Positions 1-11,020 of a stretch of DNA of 64,000 bases are shown piece by piece (positions within the stretch are counted from its first letter, which is position 1; every line of letters begins with the position of its first letter). This DNA comes from Octopus vulgaris (lineage: Eukaryota): NCBI GenBank assembly GCA_951406725.2, contig OX597816.1, forward strand, positions 14,074,001 to 14,138,000, read 5' to 3'. The translations under genes were made by a program, and so were the position numbers. Below the pieces are notes generated by a model. That model worked only from the letters and a program-made list of their open reading frames with translations, searched no databases and was not told the origin of the DNA.

Positions 1-129
1 GATTATTACCATATATACTCATAAATAAGTTAGTTTTTTTTACTTTAAAAATAAAAGGAAAATACAGACATAGGAAAGCACACAAGTGTATAAATATGCC
101 ACATGTGTATAAATATGCCACATGTGTAT

Positions 130-525
130 CATCACTATTTTTATGCCCACCTTTCTACTCTAACGTGAAACAAATGGAGTTTATTGAGACAGATTTTCTA
201 CAACTGGATGCTCTCACTATCACCAACTCTTGCTTGTTTCCAAGTAAGGTAATATTTCTCCATGGTCAGACTTGTTTTCACAGAATATATAAAACGGTTA
301 ATGACATTCTTTTACTACAGTCTCAGAATGTGAAGACAAGGAGACAGAAACATGTGCACACTCACATATGTATATATATATACAACAGGCTTCTTTCAGT
401 TTCCACCTACTAAATGCACTCGTGAGCCTTTCGTCAGCCCAGGGCTATAGTAGAAAACATTTGTCCAAGTGAGACTGAACCCAGACCCATGTGGTTGGGA
501 AGCAAACTTCATACTATGCAGTCAC
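130..525 (-). mobile_element. Diverged tRNA-derived SINE (family A head) with alternative RTE-like tail
   Basis: 382-525 is the reverse complement of the family A head seen at 10473/48207; 170-290 matches the repeat at 6597-6715 (ctggatgctct...tttccaag.aagg.aatatttc). Confidence 0.55.
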
Positions 526-590
526 ACATGAGTGAGTGTGTGTATGTAGATATATATATGTGTGTGAGTGTGTGTGTGTCTGTGTGTGCA

Positions 591-830
591 AAGGTGCATG
601 GCTTGGTGGTTATAGCATTGCACTTACAATCTAGCAATCATGGGTTCAATTCCCAGACCAAGCAGTGTGTTGTGCTCTTCACCAAAATGCTTCATTTCAC
701 ATTGCTCCAGTCCACTCAGCTGTAAGTGAGTAACCATGTGATGGACTAGCATCCCATCCAGGAGAAATGTTGTGATCTCAGTCACTTTACTCCATAGAAA
801 CTGGGTAAGCAGCCTTGTGAGTCCCAGGAC
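591..830 (+). mobile_element. CORE-like tRNA-derived SINE (octopus OR-type), diverged
   Basis: A box TGGCTTGGTGG, B box GGTTCAATTCC, then cttcatttcacattgctccagtccactcagctg; same module at 8340-8460 (-) and 41812-41990 (+). Confidence 0.6.
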
Positions 831-1470
831 TCATGAATTAATATCCAGGGGCTCATGATAATGCTGATGATGATGATGAAAAGCTGAAGCTAAAATATTA
901 TTAATTCAAACAAGACTTATATATGAGTATATACATGGTATTAATATTTCATTATGATCAATTGATGAAACATTAGTATCAGACGAAAATGCCTTATATT
1001 ATTTAGAATATTTACCTTTATGTTGTGGTTTCAAATCTTGCCAAAGTTGACTTTGTCTTTTGACACATCCGGGTTTAATAAATATGTACCAATTCATTAT
1101 ATAATGCCTGCAAATTGCATGTTTTGGGGCTTTCTGCTTGTGAAGAAATCCTCACATAAGCAGAAATCCTACATGTTTGTCGGCATTGGAACAGATGACT
1201 CTGTCAACCTCAGTATGTGATTGGTACTTGTCTTATTGACCCTGGGAGGATGGAAAGCAAAATCGGGATTTAAACAACAACAACAATAATAAAAATAATA
1301 ATAATAATCATAATTATAATGTATTGGTGAGTAAGTTTGCACTTTATTTTCACTTCTCAGTTGGAAATGCTTCAATTATGTTACCAATATATCTTTGGGA
1401 AACTCATGAACATCGTAACATCTCAATTCTTGTTGCGCATAAACTTGATGATTCATGTCATTACTATTAT

Positions 1471-2026
1471 TGAGTGAGAGAGCAGTGCATACCATAAAAG
1501 TGACACTGGGGTAAAATATACGAAGCCCAGTATACCCATCATGACTACCCATCTGATAAGGGTACACCAGGCACATGCATCACAACCATATGTGCACAAC
1601 ATGGTGATCTCATATCAAGATAAACAGCACATGACCTTGCAGGTGGGGTCCAGTTAGAATTTTCTTCTGGTCGAGTAACCCATCCTGCTCAAAAGGTCCT
1701 TGAATAAGGGCTGTTTAAGGATGTTGAATGAAACACCCATGTTTCCAGAGGTAAATTACTCAAAACCCAAAGAATCCCTCTCAACACATGGCTACGATGC
1801 TCCCCCACTACTTCTGCTCGTGATCAGAGACGCACATATCATCAGCCACTAAGGGACATGCTCAACTGGATAAGGTCAAACAACTGACAAGCAAATCTGT
1901 GGTATTGAGTAGAATATTTGCTGTAGCCCATCTTTTATATCAAGACAAAACAATGTACATGATAACACTTCAAATCAGTTAAGATCAGAAGCCATGAGAG
2001 CCACTGCCTGGTACTGCATCAGGGCA
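1471..2026 (-). mobile_element. ~555-bp non-coding dispersed repeat embedded in (AAT)n, copy 1
   Basis: Highly similar reverse-complement copy at 18898-19426; TTA repeats on both sides (1461-1470, 2027-2054); no ORF, TIR or tRNA head. Strand assumed from the (AAT)n tail orientation. Confidence 0.8.
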
Positions 2027-3244
2027 TTATTATTATTATTATTATTATTATTATGTATGTTGTGGTGTAGTAGTGATAACTTTTTTGGCCTACCAAATCC
2101 ATGAACCATATTTAATTTCCTGGTCAAAACCTAATTTTACCAACATTGCTATTGCCATTCAGCTAGAGAAATGGATTTGTTTCTTTCAGTTCGTTTGAAA
2201 AGTTCCACTCATTAATTTATGGTTGAATGCTGAGCCATTCCCAGGGCATTGAACTATAAAACCAATTGTTCCAACACAAAATATCCTGATCAATCACACA
2301 TGGAAAAATTCATTGTAAATAACCAAGTTTATATATGGAGATATATAGCAGTTAAAATACACTTCTACTGCCATAAGATATGGTAGTAGAATACTATTTT
2401 AGCTACTATTTCTAAATTTCGGTATGTGGTGAAGCAAATTTTGCTGAACACCTAATTATAATTATGCTCATAATTATAGAATTTTTGTATAAGTTTACCG
2501 ATTATGGTTCTTTTAACATACCGAACTACTTGGTAAAATTATTAATTATTAATTGATTAATTAATTTTACCCTTTATTATTAGAGTTATATAGATAGATG
2601 TATGATATAAAACCATATATGCCAGGAATGGCGTTGAACATTTTGGGGATCTTCTGCTTGTGCTTAAGGTCATGGTGCTCCCACATTCCTGAGCCTGCAA
2701 CCCATATTTGCACTGGATATCTGCCCTAGCTTTGTCTTTGAATTATGGCACTGGGGGGCAGAGGGTCTACGAGGGGCTGTGCAAGCCTTATTGGACCTAA
2801 AATTTTAGATTGAGCAATCGCCAACAGGACAACTTTCTGATGCCTTGTCAAATAGGAAGATGCCGTGGTAAGCATGGAGTCTGCAGACGCAAACCCAAGT
2901 GAAGCTGACTGCTGGTGTAACAACCTAATATGCAAGCATTGCTGGTATTTTGCATGGGCAATGGCCAGTGAAGGTCTTTCTTGGTCATGAGTGAACAACC
3001 ATCATATTTGTATGTATTTATAATAATAATAATAATGATGATGATGTAACGAGTGGAGCTTATGGCATTATATTTAATCCATGGTTTACAATTGTTTCAA
3101 CAGCTTACAGGTGACCACTGAAACATCATGACTATAGGTATTGATTGGTAGCGATGACTTAGTGTTTTGCATTATGCAATGGATATTACATAACAGCACC
3201 AGAAGTCATTTAATCATAACCAATCAGAGAAATATATTTTAATC

Positions 3245-3770
3245 TGCTTAATACCAAGAGTTCAAAGCTAAATGCTAGTTCTTATGGTTCATTGTAATCT
3301 ATGAAAGGATATTTTAAATTCTAACTTTTTAAAAAATTGATCAAGCTGAAATGGTTGAGTGGATAAAAACAAATTGACTTATTAATCTGTAGATCAGGAG
3401 TTCAAATGTACCACTAGTTGTTATGGATCTTTGTAATCTGTGAGAGAAGGTTTTCAAGTTTAGTTTTTTTTTAAACTAAAGATTACAATGAAATAGTTGA
3501 GTGGGTAAAATATTGGCCTAATAATTTATAAATCGCAAGTTCAAATCTGTTGTTAGTTGTCAAGGATCTTTGTTATCTATGAGATTTTTCTTAAATTAAA
3601 ATTTTTTTTTTTGATTAAAAATCATGATGAAATGGTTGAGTGGATAAAATATTGGCCTGTTAATTAATAGATCACAGGTTCAAATCTATTGCAAGAATTT
3701 CAATGTATTTTTATGACAAGGTGTTGAATTCTCTGTGCCTCAGTTCACCTAAATGTTGGAATTAGGTCAC
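3245..3770 (+). repeat. Tandem array (~139-140 bp unit, 3.5-4 copies) of tRNA-like heads ending in a CORE-like segment
   Basis: GTTCAAA B-box cores at 3260, 3400, 3539, 3678; A-box-like TRGTTGAGTGG in the last three units; T tracts between units; CORE-like ctctgtgcctcagttc at ~3731. Confidence 0.75.
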
Positions 3771-3907
3771 AGATATTCTGGGATTTGATCTCCTGCATAT
3801 TCTTTAATTCGATGATGACAATTATAAGCTTTATGTGATTTTGAAACTGTTAAAAAAAAAAAAAAAATGAAACCCCAAAAGACTCTAGACACTTGAGAAA
3901 AAATTAC

Positions 3908-3958
3908 CTGTAAATAAAGTTTCCTCCATGTCCAGCTTGTACTTTTTAAGTACTTTAC
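3908..3958 (-). CDS. Candidate 51-nt internal exon of an unidentified host gene
   Basis: Minus strand ttttttttgtgtttggtag|GTAAAG...TTACAG|gtaatt: polypyrimidine acceptor, canonical donor, length divisible by 3, two open frames (VKYLKSTSWTWRKLYLQ or xKVLKKYKLDMEETLFTx), non-repetitive context. Confidence 0.5.
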
Positions 3959-4404
3959 CTACCAAACACAAAAAAAAATTATTGATTTGCAAAAAATGTA
4001 CTCTAAAAATATATTAATATATTTGCTATTAGTTTACAGAACTAGAGACCAAACTTAAGCAATGACAATTAGTTAATGATTTATTTATTTATTTTCTTTC
4101 ATATTTTCATTTACCAGATTTTCTGGGTTTCATTCTATTTTAGTGACCCTTTTCCCCCAGTTCTCCAACTCCTCTTCATTAAAGGTTTGATCCTTCGGAT
4201 GTTATACCATCTACATACTTAGCCCTTGTTATAAAAACCAAACAACAAAAAAAAGACAAAACAAAACAAAGTGTAACTTCTGTTATTAAATAATTTAAAC
4301 CAAAAACTCAGACTTGTTATATTTATCAATTAATTAATTTTTTTATTGTATTTTATGGAGTAATTTCTTTTGTTTCATATCTGTATGTATTTGCATTTTC
4401 TACA

Positions 4405-4794
4405 TCTATATATATAAAGCTGAACTTGTCTGTGTGTGGCAGGTTTGGTAGCCTTCAACTAACACTATCTCCTCCAAGACCCTGTGGTGCAAGTTGACCA
4501 AAATTGAGAGTATGATAGAAGAAGGCTTGCTCTTCATTCCATAGAAGAAAAAATTCAAATTGGGCCATGTTAAGACCAAAAATTATTTACATCAAAAAGG
4601 TGCTTTTTTTCTATAAAAATCCCTATTTTTTACGATTTTTTTACTGCTGTATCGCCATTTTTCGGTGTATTTCAACCAGAAAAATGTTCACTTAAAGAGA
4701 ATAACAAGCTACATAATGCAAAATTTTTACTTTTCAAAAATTCCAATTCTAAAGGGTCGAAACAAACCCGAGCAACACTGGGCTATACTGCTAG
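4405..4794 (+). mobile_element. Non-autonomous Helitron, copy 1
   Basis: 5' A|TC start, 3' hairpin cccgagcaacactggg followed by CTAG|T, no TSD; second copy at 50218-50610. Confidence 0.85.
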
Positions 4795-4929
4795 TTTATA
4801 TATAAATGCAGGTTAATGTGTGTGTGTGTATACAGGGTGGGCCAAAAGTCATGAATGCAGTTTGTGCAGCTGCCAGATTATGCACACAGATTGCAATGTG
4901 CAGTCAGACTTCTTAACCAAGTTTGGTAG

Positions 4930-5750
4930 GTATTCTGTTGGTCTTTGAGGCTGAACTGCTCGGTTACAGGGCATAGACCAACTAACACCAGTTGTCAAGT
5001 AGTGATGAGGACACAAATTCAGGCTGAAAGGGACACGTCATGTGCATACACACACACATATGCGCACACACATGCACACACATGCACACACAACATGTGC
5101 ATACATGCACACATGCACTCAGACATTACGCACACCTCACACACACACACAAGATTTCACACTGCTTCTGTCTCTGAAATTCACTCAGATAACATTGGTC
5201 AACCCAAAGCTATAGTAGAAGATATTTCCCCAAGATGCTGTTCAGTAGGACTGAACCAAAAACCATGTGGTTGCAAAGCAGTGTTTCACACTAAGGTGCC
5301 TTTCCTGATGCCAACCTTTCTAATCATGTCTTCAAACATACAGGGATTTAGTGTTTCTATTTTAAAACTGTTACACAATGTATTCTTTTATTCTCTTGTT
5401 TCAGTCATTTGACTGCGTCCATGCTGGAGCACTGCCTTTAGTCGAATAATTGACCCCAGGACTTATTCTTTGTAAGCCAAGTACTTATTATATCGGTCTC
5501 TTTTGCTGGGAAGGTAAGCATACCAACATTAGTTGCCAAGCGATGGTGGGGGTACAAACACACACACACACACATCACATATATATATATATATATATAT
5601 ACGATGGGCTTCTTTCAGTTTCCTACCAAATCTACTTGCAAGGCTTTGGTTGGCCCAAAGCTATAGTAGAAGATTATAGCCCAGGGTGCCACACAGTGGG
5701 ACTGAACCCAGAACCATGTGGTTGGGAAGCAAGCTTCTTACCACACAGCC
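4930..5750 (-). mobile_element. Two adjacent family A SINE copies (4930-5290 diverged; 5385-5750)
   Basis: Reverse complement of the family A tail (ttgtttcagtcatttgactgcg.ccatgctggagcac), internal (CA)/(TA) tract and head. Confidence 0.75.
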
Positions 5751-5954
5751 AGGGTAATGTAACAAACAAAAAAATTGCAGAATTTCATAATGTCATTTTA
5801 CAGTTTGGTTTCAAATCCTGATGGAGCACACTATGGGTTGCATTCTTCCTGGGTTAATATAATTGACTAGACTTTCTCTGGGTTACTTAATTGACTAGAC
5901 TTTCTCTCCTTCCTAAATTTGTACCAATCTTTGAAATTATTGGACTCTGATAGA

Positions 5955-6122
5955 GATAAGCACCTCCACCCAGCACCCAGAGACTAGTTTCAGAGTAATT
6001 GCTCATCATCAGTCTGAAGTAGCATGGCTTGCTAGTTGTCAATGCTTATTCGCCTCTGATGATGAGCAATGACTCTGAAACTAGTCTCTGGATGCTGGCT
6101 TTGCTGGGTGGAGGTGCTTATC
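5955..6122. ncRNA. Inverted repeat carrying two minimal type I hammerhead-like motifs (Penelope-like remnant)
   Basis: Arms 5955-6012 and 6056-6122; each reads CUGAUGA-U GAG..CUC U-GAAACUAGUC; the minus copy has stem I uucaga/ucuggg. Confidence 0.55.
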
Positions 6123-6534
6123 CCCCCTTTGAAAACATAAGGACACAGAAAATGTGTCAAGGCCAACTGGAAACGATGTTTCCTTGGGTTAAATAGCAGT
6201 AGCATTCTTCCCTTTCATGGGACTGTCACATTAAGTTGACAACATACCATCACTTTGTCATGCTGCTACTGTATAAATCTCTGTGAGAGATTTAGAAATG
6301 CAATATTTGTTTGACCTTTTGTCTAAATAAAATAGGAAGCAGATAATGTCTGGTGATGTAACAGTTTGGTCTTAACAATCTGTTGCTTCTTCTGTGTAAG
6401 AATGGGGTGGAGTGGAAGTTATATGTTGGAATTAGACAAGATATAATTTACCTTTAAGATTTAAACAAATATCTGTACTAAGAGGATTGTGGTGTGAGTG
6501 GATTCACCTGTGAGCGGTGTGGGGTTGGAGTGTC

Positions 6535-6790
6535 GATGATCATCATCATCATCATTCCTTCATTTTAGCATTCACTTTCTGATGCTTGCACGGGTCAGAT
6601 GGAATGTATTAAAGTGGATTTTTCTATGGCTGGATGCTCTTCCTATCATCAACCCTCCCCTGTTTCCAAGCAAGGGAATATTTCCCCACCTGGTTGGACA
6701 TGTTTTCATGCAAAAAATTGGAAGCAAAGGATGCTGCTTGTATCATGGAGAAAATTGTTTACAAACTATCACAAACACATACATATACAT
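6535..6790 (-). mobile_element. SINE tail fragment with RTE-like 3' end and (GAT)n tail
   Basis: Matches 170-290; (CAT)n at 6540-6555 on the plus strand, like the RTE tail at 42188. Confidence 0.5.
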
Positions 6791-6825
6791 ATTATCTATG
6801 TATATATGCTGATTATATATGTGTG

Positions 6826-7717
6826 TGTGGTCTGATCAATAAGTATTTGGACTGTTGCCATAGTAACGAAGTTAAAGCACACAGAGTGACACCGCTTGGT
6901 ACAGATTGACCTCTAACTCTGCTGTGCATGTGCACTAGATTATACCACTCTAGCTCACATCCGCTATTTACAGCAGTACTTGGAAGGAAGGTGTGTAGCG
7001 TGTGATTGTCTCATTGACCATGACAGAGAAAGTTGAACTGAGAATCTGCAGCAAATTTTGCCAAAAGCTTGGTGATACCTGCTCAGAGGCCTACACAAAG
7101 TTTTCAAAAAGTTTTCATCGTTCTCCACACAATCAAAGAGATCTTGTGCAACTGAAACCCGAGTGTCTTTTTGGTCAACTGAAAACAGTTTTGGCACAAA
7201 CTTGGCAGACACACGTCTCATGTCCAAATCTTCAGTGATAATGGACTGAACTGACCCATAACTTAATCTGCACATCCCCTGATAACTCACGGATAGTGAT
7301 TCGACGATTTCTTCTCACATATGCGATGTTTTTTCACTTCTGCTGTTTGTGGGTCTCCTAGATCGGTCGTTTATATCGGCATTTTTTCAGCCATCTTGGA
7401 AACGCCTGAACCACTCATACTCTTGTGTGCGGCTCATACACTCCTCTCCATACACTTTCTGCAATTTTGCATAAGCCTTTGAGCAGGCATTGCAATGACA
7501 ACTTTCTCTGTCATGGTCAATGCGACGATCACACGCCACACACCTACACGCCTTCCTTTGAAGCACTGCTATAAACAGCAGAAGTGAGCTAGAACGTTCA
7601 AACTTAGTGTGCATGCGCAGCAGAGATCACGGTCAATCTGTGCCAAGGGGCTTCACTCTACGTCCTTTAACTTTATTACTATGGCAACAGTCCGGATAAT
7701 TATTGATGAGACTTCGT
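6826..7717. mobile_element. Mariner deletion derivative built from two inverted 5' ends
   Basis: TIR-like ends gtggtctgatcaataagtat / aattattgatgagacttcg; plus arm encodes MTEKVELRICSKFCQKLG; minus arm encodes KLQKVYGEECMSRTQEYEWFRRF and RRVSAKFVPKL (mariner HTH and WVP-like motif). Confidence 0.85.
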
Positions 7718-8164
7718 TGATATGATATAATATAAATTGGACATGGGCGATCGTTGTATTCTTTCTTGTCTTGAGGTTCACAGCCAAACGGCTGGGTGGA
7801 TTCGCATGAAAAATGGCACACATGTGGAAACAAGTGCATAGATTGGAATGCGGTATTTTTTCTTAGCCTCCCATACTTACCGAGAAAATTGATTAAAACT
7901 TTTCTAATGGAATTGCCCTGTTTGTTCCGCCATTAAAACAACTACCTGCTCACACAGCCGGCATATACCATTTCGCTAGCAACAAGGGGAGGCATTAGAG
8001 CTCGATGTAGGCCCAAGGCTCGTCAATTCATATCGAACTGTCCAACCCATGCCAGTACGGAAACAGAGACGTTAAATAGTGATGAGTGTATCACAATACA
8101 ATGAATATTGCTTAAAAAGCGTAAACATTTACGTGTGTGTATGTGTGCATATAATGTGGTGGTA

Positions 8165-8460
8165 CACCGACGATTACGAGGACGTGGGTTCGAGTTGATC
8201 CGATCAACAGAACAGCCTGCTCGTGTGCTTAACATGCAAGTGGCTGAGCACTCTACAGACTTGTGTACCCTTAATATAGTTTTCAGGGAGATTCAGTGTG
8301 ACAGAATGTGACAAGACCAGCCCTTTGAAGTATAGGTACAGTTCAGTTTTGCCAGCTGAGTGGACTGGAGCAATGTGAAATAAAGAGTGTTGCTCAGTGA
8401 CACATCGCTCCGCCGGGAGTCGAACTCACGACCTTGCAATCGTGAGCCGTTTACCCTAAC
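8165..8460 (-). mobile_element. CORE-like SINE with tail shared with 20310-20460
   Basis: Reverse-complement B box (gagttcgactcc), CORE-like module, tail aacagcctgctcgtg...gtggctgagcactc. Confidence 0.7.
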
Positions 8461-8867
8461 ATATAATGTATGCATGTGTGTATATTCATGTTTATTTATT
8501 TCTCACTGATTTGCGACTGTAGTCTTTTTACAGCACTGTAATCTAACAGATCGGTAGGAAGAGGCCCGATGTAGTAAGTATATCAGACTTGAAAATAGAT
8601 ACCAGAGTAGATATGGTCAACGAAACCCTCCAGGCCGGCGCCTCAGCGTGGTCGGAGTTCATTGACACGAAACAAGTAAACAAATAAACGAATACAAGAT
8701 TTATCTGAGATAATAAGGGCCAAGTTGACGTCAGACGTATAGTTTACGTTTTGTATTGTCAAACAAAAATAGGAGTGGACTAAATAGCTGGCGAGGCTAT
8801 GCGATATTTCTTTAAAAACAAACGTGGAATATGTATGGTCTGTTAATGACTACAACCAGTGACATAC

Positions 8868-8907
<40 letters not shown>

Positions 8908-9392
8908 CGCGGGTGAGAAAGTGAGGGAAGGACAGCGACAGACCAAGAATCAAAATATACAAGGAAAGAAAAAGTGGGAGAGAGAGAGGAGGTATAAGGG
9001 AAAGAAAGGAAAGGGAGGGAGAAGAAAAAAGTAGGGTCGAAGGAACCCAAATTCAAGATAAAACACGAAATGCTTCATTAATTTTAACGCCACTGATTAG
9101 ATGTTAACCAAATGAATATTATCTAAGAAGCATAATTCTGCTGAGGTCGATGTTATGTAAGACTCACAGAAAAACTGTGAGACATTTATTATGGTAAATT
9201 ACATAGATTTCCAAACAAGAGGTTTCGCGTCGTATAATTTATTGACAGTTCTGTGTTTGATTTTAAGGTAACACCTTAAGAGAAAGAGCCATGGCTGCCT
9301 ACCAGGTCTCGTTATTCCTCTGAATTTCTGTGTGAGACCACGAGATTTACCTGATAGTTTGATAATCGTTTGTAAATATTAATAACATATAA

Positions 9393-9805
9393 GGCGGCGA
9401 GCTGCTAGAAACGTTAGCACGCCGGGCGAAATGCCTAGCGGTATTTCGTCTACCGCTACGTTCTGAGTTCAAATTCCGCCGAGGTCGACTTGGCCTTTCA
9501 TCCTTTCGGGGTCGATTAAATAAGTACCAGTTACACACTGTGGTCGATGTAATCGACTTAATCCGTTTGTCTGTCCTTGTTTGTCCCCTCTGTGTTTAGC
9601 CCCTTGTGGGTAGTAAAGAAAAAGGTATTTCGTCTGTCGTTACGTTCTGAGTTCAAATTCCGCCGAGGTCGACTTTGCCTTTCATCCTTTCGGGGTCGAT
9701 TAAATAAGTACCAGTTACACACTGGGTCGATGTAATCGGCTTAATCCGTTTGTATGTCCTTGTTTGTCCCCTCTGTGTTTAGCCCCTTGTGGGTAGTAAA
9801 GAAAT
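9393..9805 (+). mobile_element. Family B SINE (tRNA-like head, GCCTTTCATCCTTTCGGGGTCGAT Meta-like domain), dimeric
   Basis: Full unit plus a second unit starting at ggtatttcgtc (9624); 17-bp TSD aaatattaataaca(t/c)at at 9374-9390 and 9806-9822. Confidence 0.9.
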
Positions 9806-10071
9806 AAATATTAATAACACATGGCTCAAGATTATTAAGTTGTACAGAGTTATAGGACGAATAATAAAGAACGGTTTTAAGATACAAATCGGTAACTTAA
9901 ATGCAACTATCACAGTCCACTTTGTCTTTCATCCTTTCGAGCTCGACAAAATAAGTACCAGTTGAGCGCTGGGGTTGATCGCACAACTAAAATTGCTGGC
10001 TTTGAGCCAAAATTTGAAACCAATATTATCTAAGAGGCATAAGGTCAATTTTGGGGCACTACTTGAATACA

Positions 10072-10227
10072 GAGGTCCCGCTTAAATGCAGAGGTCCCGA
10101 TGCATCTACGTAACGTTATGTTTTCACAGTGCACACTCGTTATGGTTGGTTTTAAGGTTAGTTTTTTGGGTTAGAGTTAGGATTAGGGTTAGTTTTTAGG
10201 GTTAAGGTTACGAAGATGCGGGACCTT
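10072..10227. repeat. Small inverted-repeat element containing degenerate TTAGGG-like repeats
   Basis: aggtcccg(at)gcatctacgtaac (10092-10114) is inverted at 10208-10227; the interior has ttagag/ttagga/ttaggg hexamers. Confidence 0.55.
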
Positions 10228-10472
10228 TAATTAGTACCAATTTTTGTTGGGACTCTTGTAGCTGAGTGATTTAACTCTAGTTTTAATAAAGTTTTCTGGT
10301 TTATCACAAGGTTAGTTATTTTAAGAGGAGGGGGATTTGTCGATATTATCGATCCCAGTACTTTTGACTCGTTCTTCATTTTATCGATCCCTGAGAGGAC
10401 GAAATGCAAAGTTGATCACGGTAGAATCTGAACTCAGAACATAAAGAGCCAGAAGAAATACCGCAAGACATA

Positions 10473-10625
10473 GGCGTAGGAGTGGCTGTGTGGTAAGGAG
10501 CTTGCTTACGAACCACATGGTTCCGGGTTCAGTCCCACTGCGTGGCACCTTGGGCAAGTGTCTTCTACTAAAGCCTTGTGAGTGGATTTGGTAGAGGGAA
10601 ACTGAAAGAAACCCGTCGTGTATGC

Positions 10626-10669
<44 letters not shown>

Positions 10670-11020
10670 AATAAATATTAGGGAATAAATCCAAATTTAC
10701 AGGGAAAAAATGTATTGGATTAAGTCTTTCTTTGTTTGATTTGCATAATAGTGGTTTTGTCTCTAATTAATATTATATATATATGTATATATATGTACGT
10801 GTGTGTGTATACGTTTGTGTGTCTTTGTCCCCCCACCGTTGCTTGACAACCGATGCTGGTGTGTTTATGTCCCTGTAACTTAGCGGTTCGGCAAAAGTGA
10901 ACGATAGAATAAGTACTAAGCTTACAAAGAATAAGTCCTGGTGTCGATTTTCTCGACTAAATGCGGTGCTCCAGCATGGCCACAGTCAAATGACTGAAAC
11001 AAGTTAAAGAGTTAAAGAGT
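10473..11020 (+). mobile_element. Family A SINE with passenger insert in its internal (TA)n; nested in an old family B SINE
   Basis: Head ggcgtaggagtggctgtgtggtaag, B box ggttcagtccc, tail gcggtgctccagcatggcc...gactgaaacaag; short TSD aagacat; family B remnants at 10290-10470 and 11021-11060. Confidence 0.85.

Noticed and set aside
3245-3700. Regularly spaced repeats as a CRISPR-like array or functional tRNA cluster
   Set aside because: Whole units are homologous (no unique spacers), there are no cas genes and the context is eukaryotic; acceptor and T stems are too decayed to call tRNAs.
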